From NCBI RefSeq assembly GCF_009914755.1, contig NC_060935.1: 64,000 nucleotides of DNA; one strand, given 5' to 3'. The DNA is from the human T2T-CHM13v2.0 reference genome, Homo sapiens. Below are positions 43,736-57,284 of this stretch, one piece after another; position 1 is the first letter of the stretch; each line of letters starts with the position of its first letter. The notes under the pieces are model-generated. The model searched no databases. It saw only the letters and a program-made list of their open reading frames with translations, and had not been told where the DNA came from. A program made the translations under genes and the position numbers.

Positions 43736-45479
43736 GTAAGTGGCCGCCCGGCGTGGCATTAGGAGAGCGGGACCCGGTCCCCGGAGGGCGCCGACCTCGC
43801 GGTGCCGGAGGAGGGCGCGCGGTCTCCGGGCGCGTGGCGCGGGTGCAGCCCGGCAAGGGCCCTTCTGTCCTGGCTGCCCTCGGCCCTTGCAGTCGCGAGC
43901 TCGGCGCGGATCATAATCCAGCGTCCCGGGCCGTCGCGGGGGCCGCAGCCAGGAGAGGCACCCCGCGTTTCCGACGCGCGGTTCCCAGGCGGAGGATGTA
44001 ACTGAGCCACACGTCACGCCGGCCTGACTGCAAGGGAGGCTCGCTTCTCCCCCGGCCGTCTGCAGGAGGGAAGTAAAACTGCCTTTCTCCAAATCGGTCT
44101 GGAGGGGACCCAGGCTTCTCTTGGTCGGGTCCCGGGCAAGGCAGCCACTCCAGCTTTCCCCGCTCAGTCCCTGAAGGAGAGGGTACCCGATTCTCAAAGA
44201 CTGGCCCTGGGCGGGACAGCCACTCCGGCTTCCCTGGATAGGTCCCTTCAGGAGAAGGGACTTTGGCTTCTCCCTAACCGGTCCCGGGGTGCGGGAAGGA
44301 GGGGCAGGGACAGCCTAAAGCTCCTCGAAAGGGTCCTTGGAAAGAACCCCAAATTATTCTCTCGTGGTCCCAGACGAGATAGAGTATCTTGGGTTTCCAG
44401 AACAGGTTCCCAGTGGGGACAGGGTCCTCAAAGAGCTTGGGGTAAGCTCCGAGCTGCAAGGGGAATTGGATGAAGATGGAAAGAGAAGCCCCGATGCCCG
44501 AGGCCTGCTCCCTGGAGGCCGGGGAACCTTGGCTCCGGCAGCTCGGAGTCTCCACGTCCCAGGGATGTCGCGCCTACGCCGCTCGGCTGAGAGTGGGGTT
44601 TCGGGAGCTCAGGGAGGAGGTGTCCAAGCAGGTGAGAGCCTCCTAGGCGGGACAGGCAGTTCGACCAGCACCGATCTGAAGACGCCTGACTCTGTCCCCA
44701 CGCCCGCCACCTCGCTCCTCAGCAGGGTCATCTCCCCAGACATCGTTTCCCCGTGCAGCAGCAGCCGCTCTCCGGGTGGGGGACAGGTAACCAGGAAGGG
44801 AAGCGAGCCTGTCTGGCCTCACCTTAGCTCCCGCCAGGGAGCGTGTCCTCTCACCCTCGCCCCTTCATAAGTCAGCTCTGGTGCTAAGCAGGGATGAGCG
44901 GGTCACTGGGGCACCTGGTGGGGCAAATGGGCTCCCAGCTGCTGTACTTTCCTCCTCGCCTTCCCAGTTCCCCAGAGAGCCTTGGACGGAAGCGGTGGGA
45001 GCAACACAGGAGAAAGTCTGGGGCAGCGTCAGCGGGCGCCAGGGCCACGCCGGAGACCAAAGCCAGGGGCCACCCTTCTTGGAGCGCTTTTCCCCCTTTC
45101 CCGGGTTTGTGTCCCCGACTTTCTCCACCCGGAGCTACCCAAAGCCGGCTCCTTGGTGCCCTTGGCACCTTGGCGTGCTGAGCACTTTGCGAGGAACAGT
45201 CTGACCCCGGCGCGCAGCTCCGCGGGATCCTGGGTACTCCACGAAGAAAGATTCTGGGCGGAGAACACCCCGCCCAGCCCGGGAGGGAGCGCGCGGCTTG
45301 GCACCGCGGCTAGAGCGAGCCGCGCCGACGGGCGGCGACTGCCACTCGGTGCAGCCGGGAGGCGGCCGATCCTCCCTGTGGACCGCAGGGAAGCGGGTAT
45401 GACTTCAGTGGCCTATTCGGCCCTCCCCAAAACTGAGGACCTGAGTTCACAGGGGAAACTGTCCCCGCTCCACGTAGCA

Positions 45480-45650
45480 GAGAAAGAAGTGGCTCTGGAG
45501 TCCAACAGACTTGGGTTTACTCGCTGTGTGACCTTGTGCAAGTCATTTAATTTCTCTGCACCTATTTCCTAGCTGGAAAAAAAAAAAAGCTGTTTATCCA
45601 CCCTCTCTTGGTGGTAGGGAGTAAATGAGTTTACAAAGGTGAGTGTGCCT
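45480..45650 (+). mobile_element. MIR at the downstream edge of the CpG island
   Basis: GGCTCTGGAGTCCAACAGACTTGGGTTT...GCTGTGTGACCTTGTGCAAGTCATTTAATTTCTCTG. Confidence 0.7.
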
Positions 45651-48600
45651 GAGCTAAAAGAGATTCCTAATAAGCCTAACAGTTGAATGTGAGGCCTTTA
45701 TTGGTTTACTAATGGAGGTAGGTTCTTGATCAGATTTTTGTTTTTGAAGAGTGTTGTGCGTTTGAAAGCAGGTTTCCTCAGCTCTCCTCCAGTCCCATTC
45801 ATCTACCAGTGGTTATTTGGGTCCTCATGAATTAATTGAATGAATGAATGAGGTATTTTTTCATATCAGGAGCCTTGCCTAAGACTGTTGCTAATGCAAG
45901 CCCAGGAAGATTTTTTCAGTGACTTAGACTAGTCTGAGGTTCAGGCCAAGTGTACCCAGCGTCTCTTTTCACACTAATCCTCCGTGTTTTAGTTGAGCAT
46001 TGGCAGCTGGTGGCCCTAGCACTGGGAAGGAGATACAGCTGGTATTCACGGGGCCAAAGAGGTTTCAGAACTACCTAAACGTCCAGGGCCAGCAGGTGGG
46101 GAACTGGGACTGGATAGGGAGTGTCCTGGACTTTCACCCTACAGGCTACTCCTGCCTAAACAGCCATCTGGACTTTGACACCCCAACTCAGGCTATAGAT
46201 TGGGCAATCATCTTTTCTCCCTTCTTATGGCTAAAAGACCTTGGAAGAGATCTTGCAGGAACCATGCTGAGGTTTTCCAAGTAAATATCCTGCAATTAGC
46301 AAACCTGATTCTGCCACTCAAAGTCCGAAAGAAAAGGTACTGGCCTAGTTTGTGACATTTTCTGTTGGCTCCTTCTTTCTTAGAATAATTATGTTAAAAG
46401 TAACTCAAACACATTCTGCTCATTGTCCTGACTTAAGGCTGTGAAGCTGGCATTCCCCTGGTGTTCTATTTGCTTTTTAATTTTTTCATGAATTAGGATT
46501 CCTCACAATCCTTGGAATCAATGACTTGTTTTCCTGCCTCAAATCTTTGTCCACAGTATTCCAGTTCATCCCCAAGCAGCTTCTGTTCTTTGTGCCTGCT
46601 GTCTAAGTACAGTCTTTAGGTACTCTAGACCGGAATAAAATGGTCACTATTAAAAAAGACTGAAACATGGAGTTTCTTCCCCAAAACCTGAATCCAGTTG
46701 AGATCATTATTTTGTCTTTTCCAAGTTGTTAGTATTATATTGATTTCCTTTTCTTTCCCACCACTTCTCTCTACTCTCCCTCCCTCTTCCCACAGTCCCC
46801 CCTCCCTCCAACGGCAATAATTGTGCTTTAGAAAGCTCTGAAAGGCCTGCTCTGTTTCTGGCCAGGGCCTCCTTTGAAAAGGAGATTACAGTGATTAAAA
46901 ATAACAAGTTGAGGATCCTCAAGGGGCTTCCCTTATACAGGAGGACAATTCGCAGGACCAGCCTTTCCCAGATCACAATTTCAAGCCAAACAGAAGAAAA
47001 TCCACTGAAATATTCAAGAATTGATTGAAAATAAAAGAGGCTCTTTTGTCTTACTGGAGGTCTGTTTATTAGGAAAATAAAGTCAGACTCTGGCTAATGA
47101 GAGTGGCTTTTCCTAGATGTATTTTAAAGAGACATTTCAAGGAACTTGATGGGAAAAGAATGTCCAGTAGAGGTTTCAAAAGCTGGTCCAACTTCAAGCA
47201 TAATTGAGGGGTTTATCCTAAACTGGGAGGTTTGGAGACCTCCAAAGCTGCATGGTTTTTCCTTTGTCCCACACTGAGACACACACTGACCACAGGGGTG
47301 GACACCTCAGCCTGGTGGAAAGCGCACAGGCTTTGATGTTGGGTGGGTTGGTTTCAGGTCCTCCTTGGTCACATATTCACTGTGTGATCTCAGGAAGCCA
47401 CTTCACCTCTCTGAGCCAATTTCTCCATCTGTAAAATGAGGGTGTTTTGATTTTTTCCCAGCATTCCTGTGAGAATTAGAAATAATTCATGTCAAAAGAA
47501 ATTGTCACACAGTGGTTGCTAAAAAAATATGTTATGAGATGATTATTTTGGAAATAGAAAAATACTTAGCAGCAAAGCCCTGGATAAGATATTGTGTTAA
47601 GTTCTTCCGACTCATCTCACTTATTCCTTACAGTACTTTGAGGAAGTTTCTGATCGTTACTGTTTTATGGATGAGAAGACTAAACCTCAGAGAAGTTTAT
47701 TCCTTATCCATGGTCACACAGCTAATAATCAGCAGAATCAGGATACAGTCTCAGGTCTGTCTGACTCCTAAATCTGTGCTCTTAACCAGTCTTATGTGCT
47801 GACTCAATGAAATTAGTTGGGAATAGAATGAAATTCACTCAGCTACCCTCAGCCTTCTGGATGGTGAGCCTTCCTTCAAGGAAAACAGAACAACAAATCA
47901 AGATAGTAACTGACATCTCTCAGGAGAATTACTTTATATTACTACAAAGTAATATAAAGTGATAAATCCTTATTCACATTTGCTGTTTTCTCTTATTGGC
48001 TTCAGTGTTGCATTTCCCCATAAACTAGAGGATTAATTTAGAAACATGAAGAACCTTGTCAGCCTTTGGCCAATTCCTTTTGTTTGTGGGGAAACAAAAA
48101 CAAATTGGATAGGAAAAAAAAAACCCAGAAAGAAAAAAAAAAAAAGAAAAAACAGATTTGACTGTTGTTTTGTTTTTACATACAGATGTTATATGACCAT
48201 GCCTGTAAAATTATATGTTTGGAAAGGACATATTTAGGCTCTAAGAAATTTACACAAGATGAGGTCTTTTAAATAAACTATTTCCTGGATGGTGGAGTTT
48301 TTAAAAACTTAAGTGCTGCTGATGATATTATAATTAAGCCACCCCTCCTACCTCTCTTCCCTTTTTTGCACCATTCCCTGCTTTTTTGTTATGTAACTAT
48401 TTCTAACCATTACTTAAGTATTTAGTTCAAACTGATAATAAAAATTAGAAAATGCAAACATAGCTAATGCTTAATGGTTGTGGAGATTGTTTATTGCTCT
48501 GAGTTTTAGGAAATGAAAGAAATAAAAACATACAAAAAAGCATATCAAAATGGAATTTTTCAAGGTTTAAAACTTGAGTACTCCCCCATACACAGATAAG

Positions 48601-48789
48601 CTGTTTCATTACAGCTGACTCTTTCAGTTGCATCAAGAAGCTATAATCACTGATACGTTTACCACTATGGGCTGGTATATCAGGAGCTTTTCACTCTCAC
48701 ACTGTCCATTTGCTTGTTATACAGACTGTCACATATATATAGGTCAATATCAATTTCTGTTGTGAGGTGGGGGGACTCTTACCATGTTA

Positions 48790-49570
48790 TATTAGTCATA
48801 GTACAGGCTAAGCTCATGTTACTAACAGAATCCAAAACACAGTGTTTTAAACAAGAGGTAAATGGGAGATCCAGCATGATGGGAGGCTTTGCTCCATAAG
48901 GCCATCCAGGAACCAGGCTCCTTCTACCTTGTTCCCTGACATCTTCTTGCACTCTGCTGTGTAGTTGGTGGCTACTTAGCCGTGTGTAGCTATGAAGTAC
49001 TTGAAATGTGGCTATTCTGAATGGAGATGTGCTGTAAGTATAAAATACACAATGACTGTTGAAAATTTAGTATACAAAGAATAAACTCATTAATTGTGTA
49101 TTATTACATATTAAAATTATAATTGTATAAAGTAAAATACACTAGTTAAAACTAATTTTGCCTATTTTCACTTATGTTAATGGATACCTGGTAACAAAAT
49201 TAATTTCACCCAGCTTGAGCTTATTTCTACTAAACAGCACTGTTTTAAGTTGCTGTTCTCCTCAGCACCGTTACAGCCGAGGAGAACCTCTGCACACCTG
49301 TATTCAGTCAGCATGCAGTGGACTGGGGGGAGAGGAAGTAGAGGACTTCAGTTTTCTTTTAATAATGTGACCCAGAAACTGCACCCAGCACTTCTAAACA
49401 CACTCCGTTGGCAAAAATTCAGTCATGTGGTCATACCTAGCTGCAAGGAAGGCTGGGAAATATAGCATTTAGCTGGGTAGCCACATGCCCAGCTAAAACT
49501 TGAAGAATTTATTTTTCAAAAAGATGAAACAAAGTAAATTTCTAAGGATCATATTAACGGTCTCTGTCAC
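48790..49570 (-). mobile_element. Old MaLR LTR (MLT1J-like) split by a MER33-like element
   Basis: CATCCAGGAACCAGGCTCCTTCTACCTTGTT and CATGTGGTCATACCTAGCTGCAAGGAAGGCTGGGAAAT blocks. Confidence 0.6.
48947..49242. mobile_element. MER33/MER3-like hAT element
   Basis: GTACTTGAAATGTGGCT...GAGATGTGCTGTAAGTATAAAATACAC...ACAGCACTG. Confidence 0.7.
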
Positions 49571-49690
49571 ATATTTTCATGCATAGTCATGTAAAAACAC
49601 AATATATCTTACTTTCTCAGTGAAAGGTCAGCTAGGTGGGTCAACTTGACAACATATAAACTGATGTTCCTGCTAAGAATCAGCAGAGGA

Positions 49691-49990
49691 AGCCAGATGC
49701 AGTGGCTCACACCTGTAACCTCAACACTTTGGGAGGCTGAGACAGGTGGATTGCTTAACCCCAGGAGTTCAAAATCAGCCTGGACAATATGGCAAAACCC
49801 ATCTCTACAAAAAAAAAAAAAAAAAAAAATTAGCTGGCTGTGGTGTCTCATACCTGTAGACCCAGCTACTCAGGAGGCTGAGGCAGGAGGATCTCTTGAG
49901 CTGGAGAAGTTGAGGCTGCAGTGAGTGAAGATTGTGCCAGTGCACCCAGCCTGGGCGACAAAGTGAGACCCTGTCTCAAAAGAAGGGAAA
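49691..49990 (+). mobile_element. AluJ with an expanded mid-A tract
   Basis: Full dimer; linker is about A21; AGCAGAGG on both flanks. Confidence 0.9.
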
Positions 49991-52900
49991 AAGAGCAGAG
50001 GCAGGAGTGCTGGGGTGTGTATGTGCAAGCTTATGTTGTGGCTTGTTTTGTCTCATTCTCCTTTCTCAATAAAAGAGGAAGCAGCAAAGAATGAAAGGAA
50101 TGAGGGTAAGGTAAATCAAGAAAACAAAGGGGTGGTGTGGGAAGAGAAAAAGAAAAATGAAAACCCACTGGGGTATACATTCAGAATGAAAATGAAAGAA
50201 AATATTTGAGTATGGCAGAGTCCCATTAGGATGGGACTACAGGGCTAGATACAAGAAGAGCCATGGAAAGCAAACATCACATAAGTCAAAATTAGTCCTT
50301 TGAAATTATACGTAAGATATAACCCAGATACCAGCTTCAACCTAGCCTTATCTAAACACCCTACCCCCAATATTCCTGTAAGTGAGGAATAGAAACGAAT
50401 TGGCATGTATCAATAAGTCTAGCCCTTCTAGTTTCCCTCCAGCATTGGAAGAGAGCAATGTTTCCTCAGTTGAGTAGCAGATAAACCCTTGGTTTGCTCT
50501 GACATGCAAGTACAAAATCTTCATCATGTGATGGAGTAAGGGAGCTGAGAGGCTCATCTCATGCTCACTCAGGCACATGCATGCATTGAATGGAGTAGCA
50601 AGTGGCCCAAATCATTTAAAGCATTACATTCTCTGTTTTTTCTCCTCCAATAGTGTGCAGTTGTGTTTGATTTTTACCAAATGCACCTCTCTTGGAGCAT
50701 CTATGGTGTCAGGAAGCTTGCTATATCACATAAAAAGCTTTTTGTGATGCTTGTCAGCTCCTGCTGGTATAAAATGCCCCACTTTTACAGAATGTTTTGG
50801 CAGGGATGGAGTTGGGGTGCAGATAGGACAGGGCAAGGAGTTAAGTGAGACCACTAGAAGTCCTTTGTGAGGTCTATGTAGAGCAGGCTTCTACCTTTCG
50901 CAGAATATTCATAAATTCCATGAAATGTTCAGGAAAACTTAAGGGACCTACCCACATCCACTGATTTTCTTGAGGCTAGGAGACCCATAGGAAATAACTT
51001 GAACCCTCTCTACAGTTGTGGTTGAGATATTTGCCAATATGTCTCATGGACTGGGTGAGAGAAACAGGGAAGAGTTCCAAGAACAAGTCACCATCTGTGG
51101 GGCAGGAGTGTGGGCAGGTGGGCACAGTCACAGCAGGATGAACCAAATGGTGATTCTAGGTGCTACAGGAAGCTCTTTTCTCCTCCTCTTCCTCCTCCTC
51201 CTCCTTGTCCTCCCCCCAACTCCTGCCAACACTATCCTTTGAATTTTCCAAATACACTAAGCTCATTCGCTCCCCAGGGCCTTCATCCTTGCTCTTCATG
51301 CCTGGGATGGTTGTCCTCAGATCTTTGCATGGCTGACTCCTTGTCTTTTAAGGGAATCTCTTTAAAGAGGCTGCTCTCACTACCAATTTATGTTTCCCGT
51401 CACTTTCGCCTGATTTTGTTTTCTTCATAGCCTTAAACACTCTCTGAAATTCTCTCGTTTATTGTCTGCCTCCTACAGCTAGAATACAAGCTTTATGAGA
51501 GCAAAGACTTTGTCTTTCTTATTTGCCATTTTATCTTCAATTCCCAGAACAGTGCCTGGGCATAGCAGGCATTAAATCATTATTTGTTGAAAAAAATAAA
51601 GTATCATTGAAGCCCCAAGAACCCTGGTGTGAGCTCTCTAAGAGAGCTGGATGGAGGAAGGGGAAGGTATTTCTCTCTCAGCCAGAGAGAAAGGTGAGCA
51701 CCCAAGGGATGGCAGACAGGAGGCAAGGAGCTCCAGGTGGTGGCAGCAGAGAGAAAGGATGCCAGTGCCACAGGGGCGTTGGCCAGAGGCTGAGGGCAGA
51801 TGGCCTGTGTCCAGAGTGCAGACCACTGGGAGGGAAGAGAGAGCAGTTGCATCATGGTGGAAGCTGAAACGCTGCTGCTGTGGCATGAAAAGCAGAGCAA
51901 CAGCAGGCAAAAGGGCAGAGGCAAGGGGCTGCCAACCTCAGAAACTGGCTCTGAGAAACTGGCTCTGAGTATCTGGAGAAGTAGGCCTGAGGGGATTATT
52001 GAGCCATCAAACCTAGACATCAATTATTAAAGTGACATTCCCTAGAACCAGCACATTGTGGAGTCATTTGTAGTACTTTCCAAACCTAGCTATGCCTTTG
52101 GAGAGTGTAAAAACTAAACTAAAATTTAATTTAATAAAAAAACTTCCTGGGCCCCACCCTAACAAAAGGCTGGATTCCAGGAATCTTATATTCTTCTTTC
52201 TTTTTTCACTCTTTTAAAGGAAAATGATGAGACACAAAGAAAAGGTGGCCCTTTTCCTATGAGCATGCTTCCCCATCACCACCTCTCCTAGCCCCAGCCC
52301 CAGCCTCCCACACACTTTAGCACCTGGTCACATCATTGCCCTATCCTGTTACTATGGGACACACTCATTTAGTGACCAGTGGAATATCCTCAAAGCCAAC
52401 ATGACTGCAACATTTCCCGCTTGGCAGTAGGGTGATGGGGAGAAGAGAACCATGAGTTTTCCTTAGGTGGCCACAATCACAGACTGGCGAAGCTTGAGCC
52501 AGGGCTGACTTGCTTGTACTTCTCTGCCACCAAAGTCTGCCTACCATGTAACTTTCACACATCTGTCCAAGGTTCTGTCCTTTGGAATCAAGGAAAATAA
52601 GGTCTCCCCTGGGCCATATGTCAGCCCTTGAGATGTTTGTGAATAAATAGCTGTCATGGCTTCTCTTCTGACTAAAATGCCCCATTTCTTTAACCATTCT
52701 TTGTGGGTTGCAGTTGCTTGCTCCCTTGTACTTTGTGCCCCAGATGTGGTCTGTTAGGGGCAGGACATGATAGAATGATTATCTCCTTGTCCTGGACATT
52801 GTGGTTGTGTGAAGCTTGCCAGGTCTTGTGTTTGCTATTTTGGCAGCTGTGCCGTAGTCTGGAATCACACTGAGCTTGCAGCCAACTCAAATTCTTGCAA

Positions 52901-53377
52901 TTTTCTGGAAGGCCTGCTTCCCTCTTTAACCTAGACTGGTGAAAATGGTCCTTGAACATAAAATTTGACATGGTTTATCGTTAGATTTAATCCAGCATGT
53001 TTGGATCCATCCCTGTAGCTGTCAGCCATTCATGAATCTGTATTTGGTCCCTGAGTGATTTATTCACATAATCTAATTTTGGATTATGCACAGTGTTGAT
53101 AAGAAGGTCTTGTAAGTCTTTATCAATGAAGTTGATAAGAATATTGAGCAACTCAGAGTCTAGGATAGAGCCCTCTGACATTCCTTAGAGTCTTTCTCTA
53201 AAGCTGATATTTAGCTAAATAGTTTTGAAGTCAAGAGATCTGCTGTCATCCCAATGACATTTACATACCAACTGCCACCCCCAGCATAAGCCACCTCAGT
53301 TTAGTTCTGAATACTGTTTCCTGAGCCTGCTGGTGATTCTTGTAGTTTAGGCAGAGTGTTTTCTTTCTTTGCTTCAA

Positions 53378-53920
53378 AATTAGTCAGGACTCTTTCCACT
53401 GCAAGTGATAGGAACAAAGTCAACCTAACTAAAGCAGAAAAGGGAATGCACTGATTCCCATATTTGCAAAGCCCAGGGGTGGCTCTTGCTTCAGGCATAA
53501 ATGGGTCTAGTGACTCAAATGGGGTCATTCCATCTCTCTCTCTCTCTCTGTCCCCCGTTCCCTCCTTCGCTCTATCTTTTTGTCCCTCGCTTCTACCTTC
53601 TCTGTCTTGCTCCTTCCATCCTCAATCTCTTGGCTGTGTTTTGCCCTCATTTTTTCTTACTACAGATAAACTTTCTCCAAATGACAGGGAGGATAGCTGC
53701 CAGCAACCTTCAGTGAAAATCCTCTTAGCTCATCCTGTGACTAAAAGAAAAGCCCCTTTCCTTCTAACTACAAACTGAAACATCCCAGGGAAGATTGTGA
53801 TTAGTCCAGTATGGGTCACATGGCCAGGGCAATGGCATGGAGATAGACTGGATCTGGATCACAGTCACTTTTGTGACTTGATATTTGAGGAAGGAGGATG
53901 AACTGTGATTGGAAGCCCCA
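53378..53920 (-). mobile_element. Old MaLR LTR (MLT1K-like)
   Basis: TTAGTCAGGACTCTTTCCACTGCAAGTGATAGGAAC...GCTTCAGGCAT...TGATTAGTCCAG...GGGTCACATG. Confidence 0.55.
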
Positions 53921-56469
53921 GTGACCACAGGGTCAGAGTAGGGGCAGCAGTGGGGGTCCCCCAGAGCTTCCTGCCCTCATCCACATTCCCAGCTACGTTC
54001 TCTTGGCTGACACATCTCTACCTCCCCAGAGGCATCCTTCCCATTATTCCTCCTGCTATCCACGTGTTGTTCAGCTCAGGACCCATTCATCTGGCTCTGA
54101 GCTGTTCCACGACGAGGTCACACAATGGGGAAAGGATTAACTTTTATTGAGCTGCTGCAATGTGCTTCATTGCATTATCTCCTTGAATCCTCATGACAAA
54201 TCCACGAGATGATAATTATGATCCTTATTTCACAGAGGAGACTGATTTATTTTTAATATATTTTATTGATTTAGCAAATGTTTTTATATACTTCCTATTA
54301 CCAATTCATTAATTGTCATGATGACAACAGGAGGTAAATACTATTAAATATTACTGCTGTTTTACAGGTAAGGACATGTAGACAAGGAGAGCTTGAGTAA
54401 CTTGCCCAAAATTACACATAATAAACAGGGAAATTTGAACCAAGTCTGTTAACTACGTCTGTTATAGAAAAATGACCCTTACAAATTTAAGTATGCATGA
54501 TCTTCAGTTTGAGTGGGAGAAACTTCATCTCTGCCTGGGGATGCTGAGAGCACTGGCTGAAGAAGGCCATCCAGGGGAACAGCATAATCCAACCCCACCA
54601 TCCTCACCTGCTCACTTTTGGATTCTCAGTCTTGCCTTCCAGTCTTCCAGGCCATCACCAGCAAATCTTTTCTTGCCTGACCTGGCTAGGTGGCCTGAAT
54701 TACTGTGCCAAATTTTTAAATAGAAATATATGAGTTGCAGCTCCTCAGAGCTCTGGAAGTTGTGCAGAATAGAAAGGGGAGCACTGTGACTAACTTAATG
54801 TCCCAACAGTCTTTATAACTCCATGTTATAAGTTAAAGCAGAAGCTGACGCGCATTGTGGTTGAGGTGTGTAGCAAGACTGGGGCATTTCAGTAACACAT
54901 AGCAGGTGGATGGCAGGGGCTGGCCATAGGATGGAGCTGGGACTCAGGGTCTTCTCATTGAGGTTGGAGTTCTATTAATAATTCTGAAACCCAAGAGACA
55001 GAGTGCGGAGGAAGATGGAACTGGACAAGATCCAGTGAGGGTAATAGGCATAGAAGATGAATTTGGGTAATAGTTTATTAGAGTTTTTGTTAGAAGGTTG
55101 ACACACCAACATTTGAAAGACCCAGAAAGCTATTTGGTAATTAGGTAGGGTAAGTGTACCCAAGGATGGAAAGAACTCTGCCCTGGGTCGGGATTTGAGG
55201 CCAGGCTCTAGTGTGAAATATCAGTCTTCATATAAATAAGGCAGGCCTTTGTTACTGATGTGGCTTTTAGGGCAAAGCTGTAATTCAATAATTACACAAC
55301 CTCCAGCCTGATCTTCCTAAACCATAAATCTGAATATGAAATGTCCTAGCGCAAGCCCTTCAGTACTGCCTCATCCCCCCTCCCCAGGGTGATATCCACA
55401 CTTCTTATCAAGGCATTGAAGGCCTTTGATCATCTTCCCCCTGCTTATCTTCCTCACCAAGCCTTTTATCACACCCTTCCTCCCAGAATGCAACTTATGA
55501 AATACAGAATCAGTTCTGGTTTCCAGGGCCAAGACTGGCCCATCACACATTTCTGCTACATGGGATGCTGTTGATTCCCTTGTCCACTGGATAAACTCCT
55601 ATTCTTCATTCAACTTACAACACAGATACTACCTCCTCCTTGAAGCCTCTTCGAATTCACCCAGATAGACGCAGATGTTCTCTCCTCTGCAACCCCAGAA
55701 CACATTGTTCATACCTCCATAACACACTTTACATGTTATAAAAAATATCTGTTGCTATATTTTTTCCCCCAGGTACTAGACTGTGTGCTCCTAGAGAGCA
55801 GACGCCATGTCTTTTTTACTCTGTGTCTCCAGGGATGTAGCACTGAGCTAGTGTAGACCAAATGCTCAGTAAAGATAAAAGGATGAGGGAGGTTGATGTA
55901 TTGCTCAAGGTAACCCATGGGAACTTTGGAAAAGGGACCAGAATAGGAATGAGAAAACTATGCATTTAAGACAAATAAAACCTTTTTTGTTCATTCATTC
56001 AACAAGTATATATTGAGCATTTACTATGTGTAAAGTGGTATGCTAGATGCTAAAGATGCAGTGGAGTTCAAGACAATTTGTTTCTGCACTCATGGAGAGT
56101 ACAGGTTATTAGGGGAGACAAGCATTTAACAAATAGTTTCATAAACACGTATGGAACTGAAATTGGGTGAGAGGTATTCCAGAAAAGGGGTATTGTGTGG
56201 AGGTGAAAGGGGCAGGGAGGTCCTCACAGGGCACTCTGAGTGTCATGGGCTGTAGGAAGCCTTGCTTTATTATAAGGACTTACCCAAATCTCTCCATAAC
56301 CTGAACTTGTAAGAATCGTCCCCAAAGCCAATTCTCTCCATTGCAATCCTTCCAGTGGTCCTTCATTGGCACCTACTAGAGTTTTTCTTTGGAGGTTCAA
56401 TCATTGTTCCTGAGGACCAGCTCTTTGAAACACATTGTTGGGTAGTCAGCCTGATGAGCATTATGATCT

Positions 56470-56581
56470 TTTATCATAATCACAAATTTCATCATAATCT
56501 TCATCCCCAATATCACCATCACCACTCACCACCATCACCATCACCATCATAAATACTACCACCATCATTATCATCATCATC
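56470..56581. repeat. (CAT/CAC)n low-complexity tract
   Basis: ATCACCATCACCAC...ATCATCATCATC; produces the spurious His-rich ORF. Confidence 0.8.
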
Positions 56582-57284
56582 CCTTAAAATTCTTGAACAG
56601 TTTACATGTTCCAGGCACTGGGATAAATATTTATTTAACTCTACGTTCCTATAAGAAAGGCGATATCATCAACCTCTTTTTAAAAATAAGGAAATAGATT
56701 AAGTAATTTACCAGAGATCACATAAGTGGTAGCTCTGGGATTCTAATCCTAAATGTTTGCTGTTAATCAGTTCCCCGGATGTACTCACAAGATGGCTCTG
56801 AATGGAATTCCTTTTTTTTAATCCTTCATAAGCATTTTTCTTTAATTTCTTGGATCTCTTAATAGCCTCTCAGGGGAGGCAATTGGGAGGAGTCATTAGA
56901 GAGAAGATTCTATTATTTACTGCCAAGCAGTCATTTTAGGTTATTACTGGGACTCAGAACACACTGCACATTTGTACCTTTCAGAAGGAAGTTGTATAAT
57001 GAGGTTCTCTGGAAAGATAGAGTCTCCTCTATTCCTTCAAATTATACTGTGTAACAACATCATCACCAGTGATAATTATGGATTAAAACCCCACACTGAG
57101 TTCAGCTTCCAGAGCCTCCATCTCATGTGTTATATTTAATAGGGTTGTGTACAACCTTAGCTTTCTAGAACCTACAGGAATGCAGTATTATGGGAAGCTG
57201 AGTTTATGATTAGCCCTTTAAGCACACTGAGCAGATGTACAAAAGTTGGGATATTTATCATTCAGAAACATTGTTTAGGAATCT

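Larger units (their letters stand above)
43040..45400. promoter_or_regulatory. SPON1: CpG island / SPON1 promoter, 5' UTR and start of intron 1
   Basis: Sharp rise in GC and CpG density (many CGCG, GCGGCC, CCGCG) against CpG-depleted flanks. Sp/KLF-like CCTCCC/GGCGGG boxes at about 43240-43355; no obvious TATA box. Boundaries approximate. Confidence 0.9.

Noticed and set aside
42972-43739. 255-aa alternative-frame ORF over exon 1
   Set aside because: Non-ATG start inside a MIR and low-complexity Arg/Pro/Gly composition expected from stop-poor CpG-island DNA.
43736-44001. C-terminal part of the 294-aa ORF (GKWPPGVALG...)
   Set aside because: Read-through into intron 1 past the strong GTAAGT donor; the true frame continues at exon 2.
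44274-45572. Overlapping 90-196 aa ORFs on both strands
   Set aside because: GC-rich intronic island, no recognisable domains, mostly non-ATG starts.
46085-46103. Second CTCF-like motif GGCCAGCAGGTGGGG
   Set aside because: Lacks the conserved C after GGTGG; too weak to call.
56355-56552. His-rich 65-aa ORF
   Set aside because: Product of the (CAT/CAC)n low-complexity tract.
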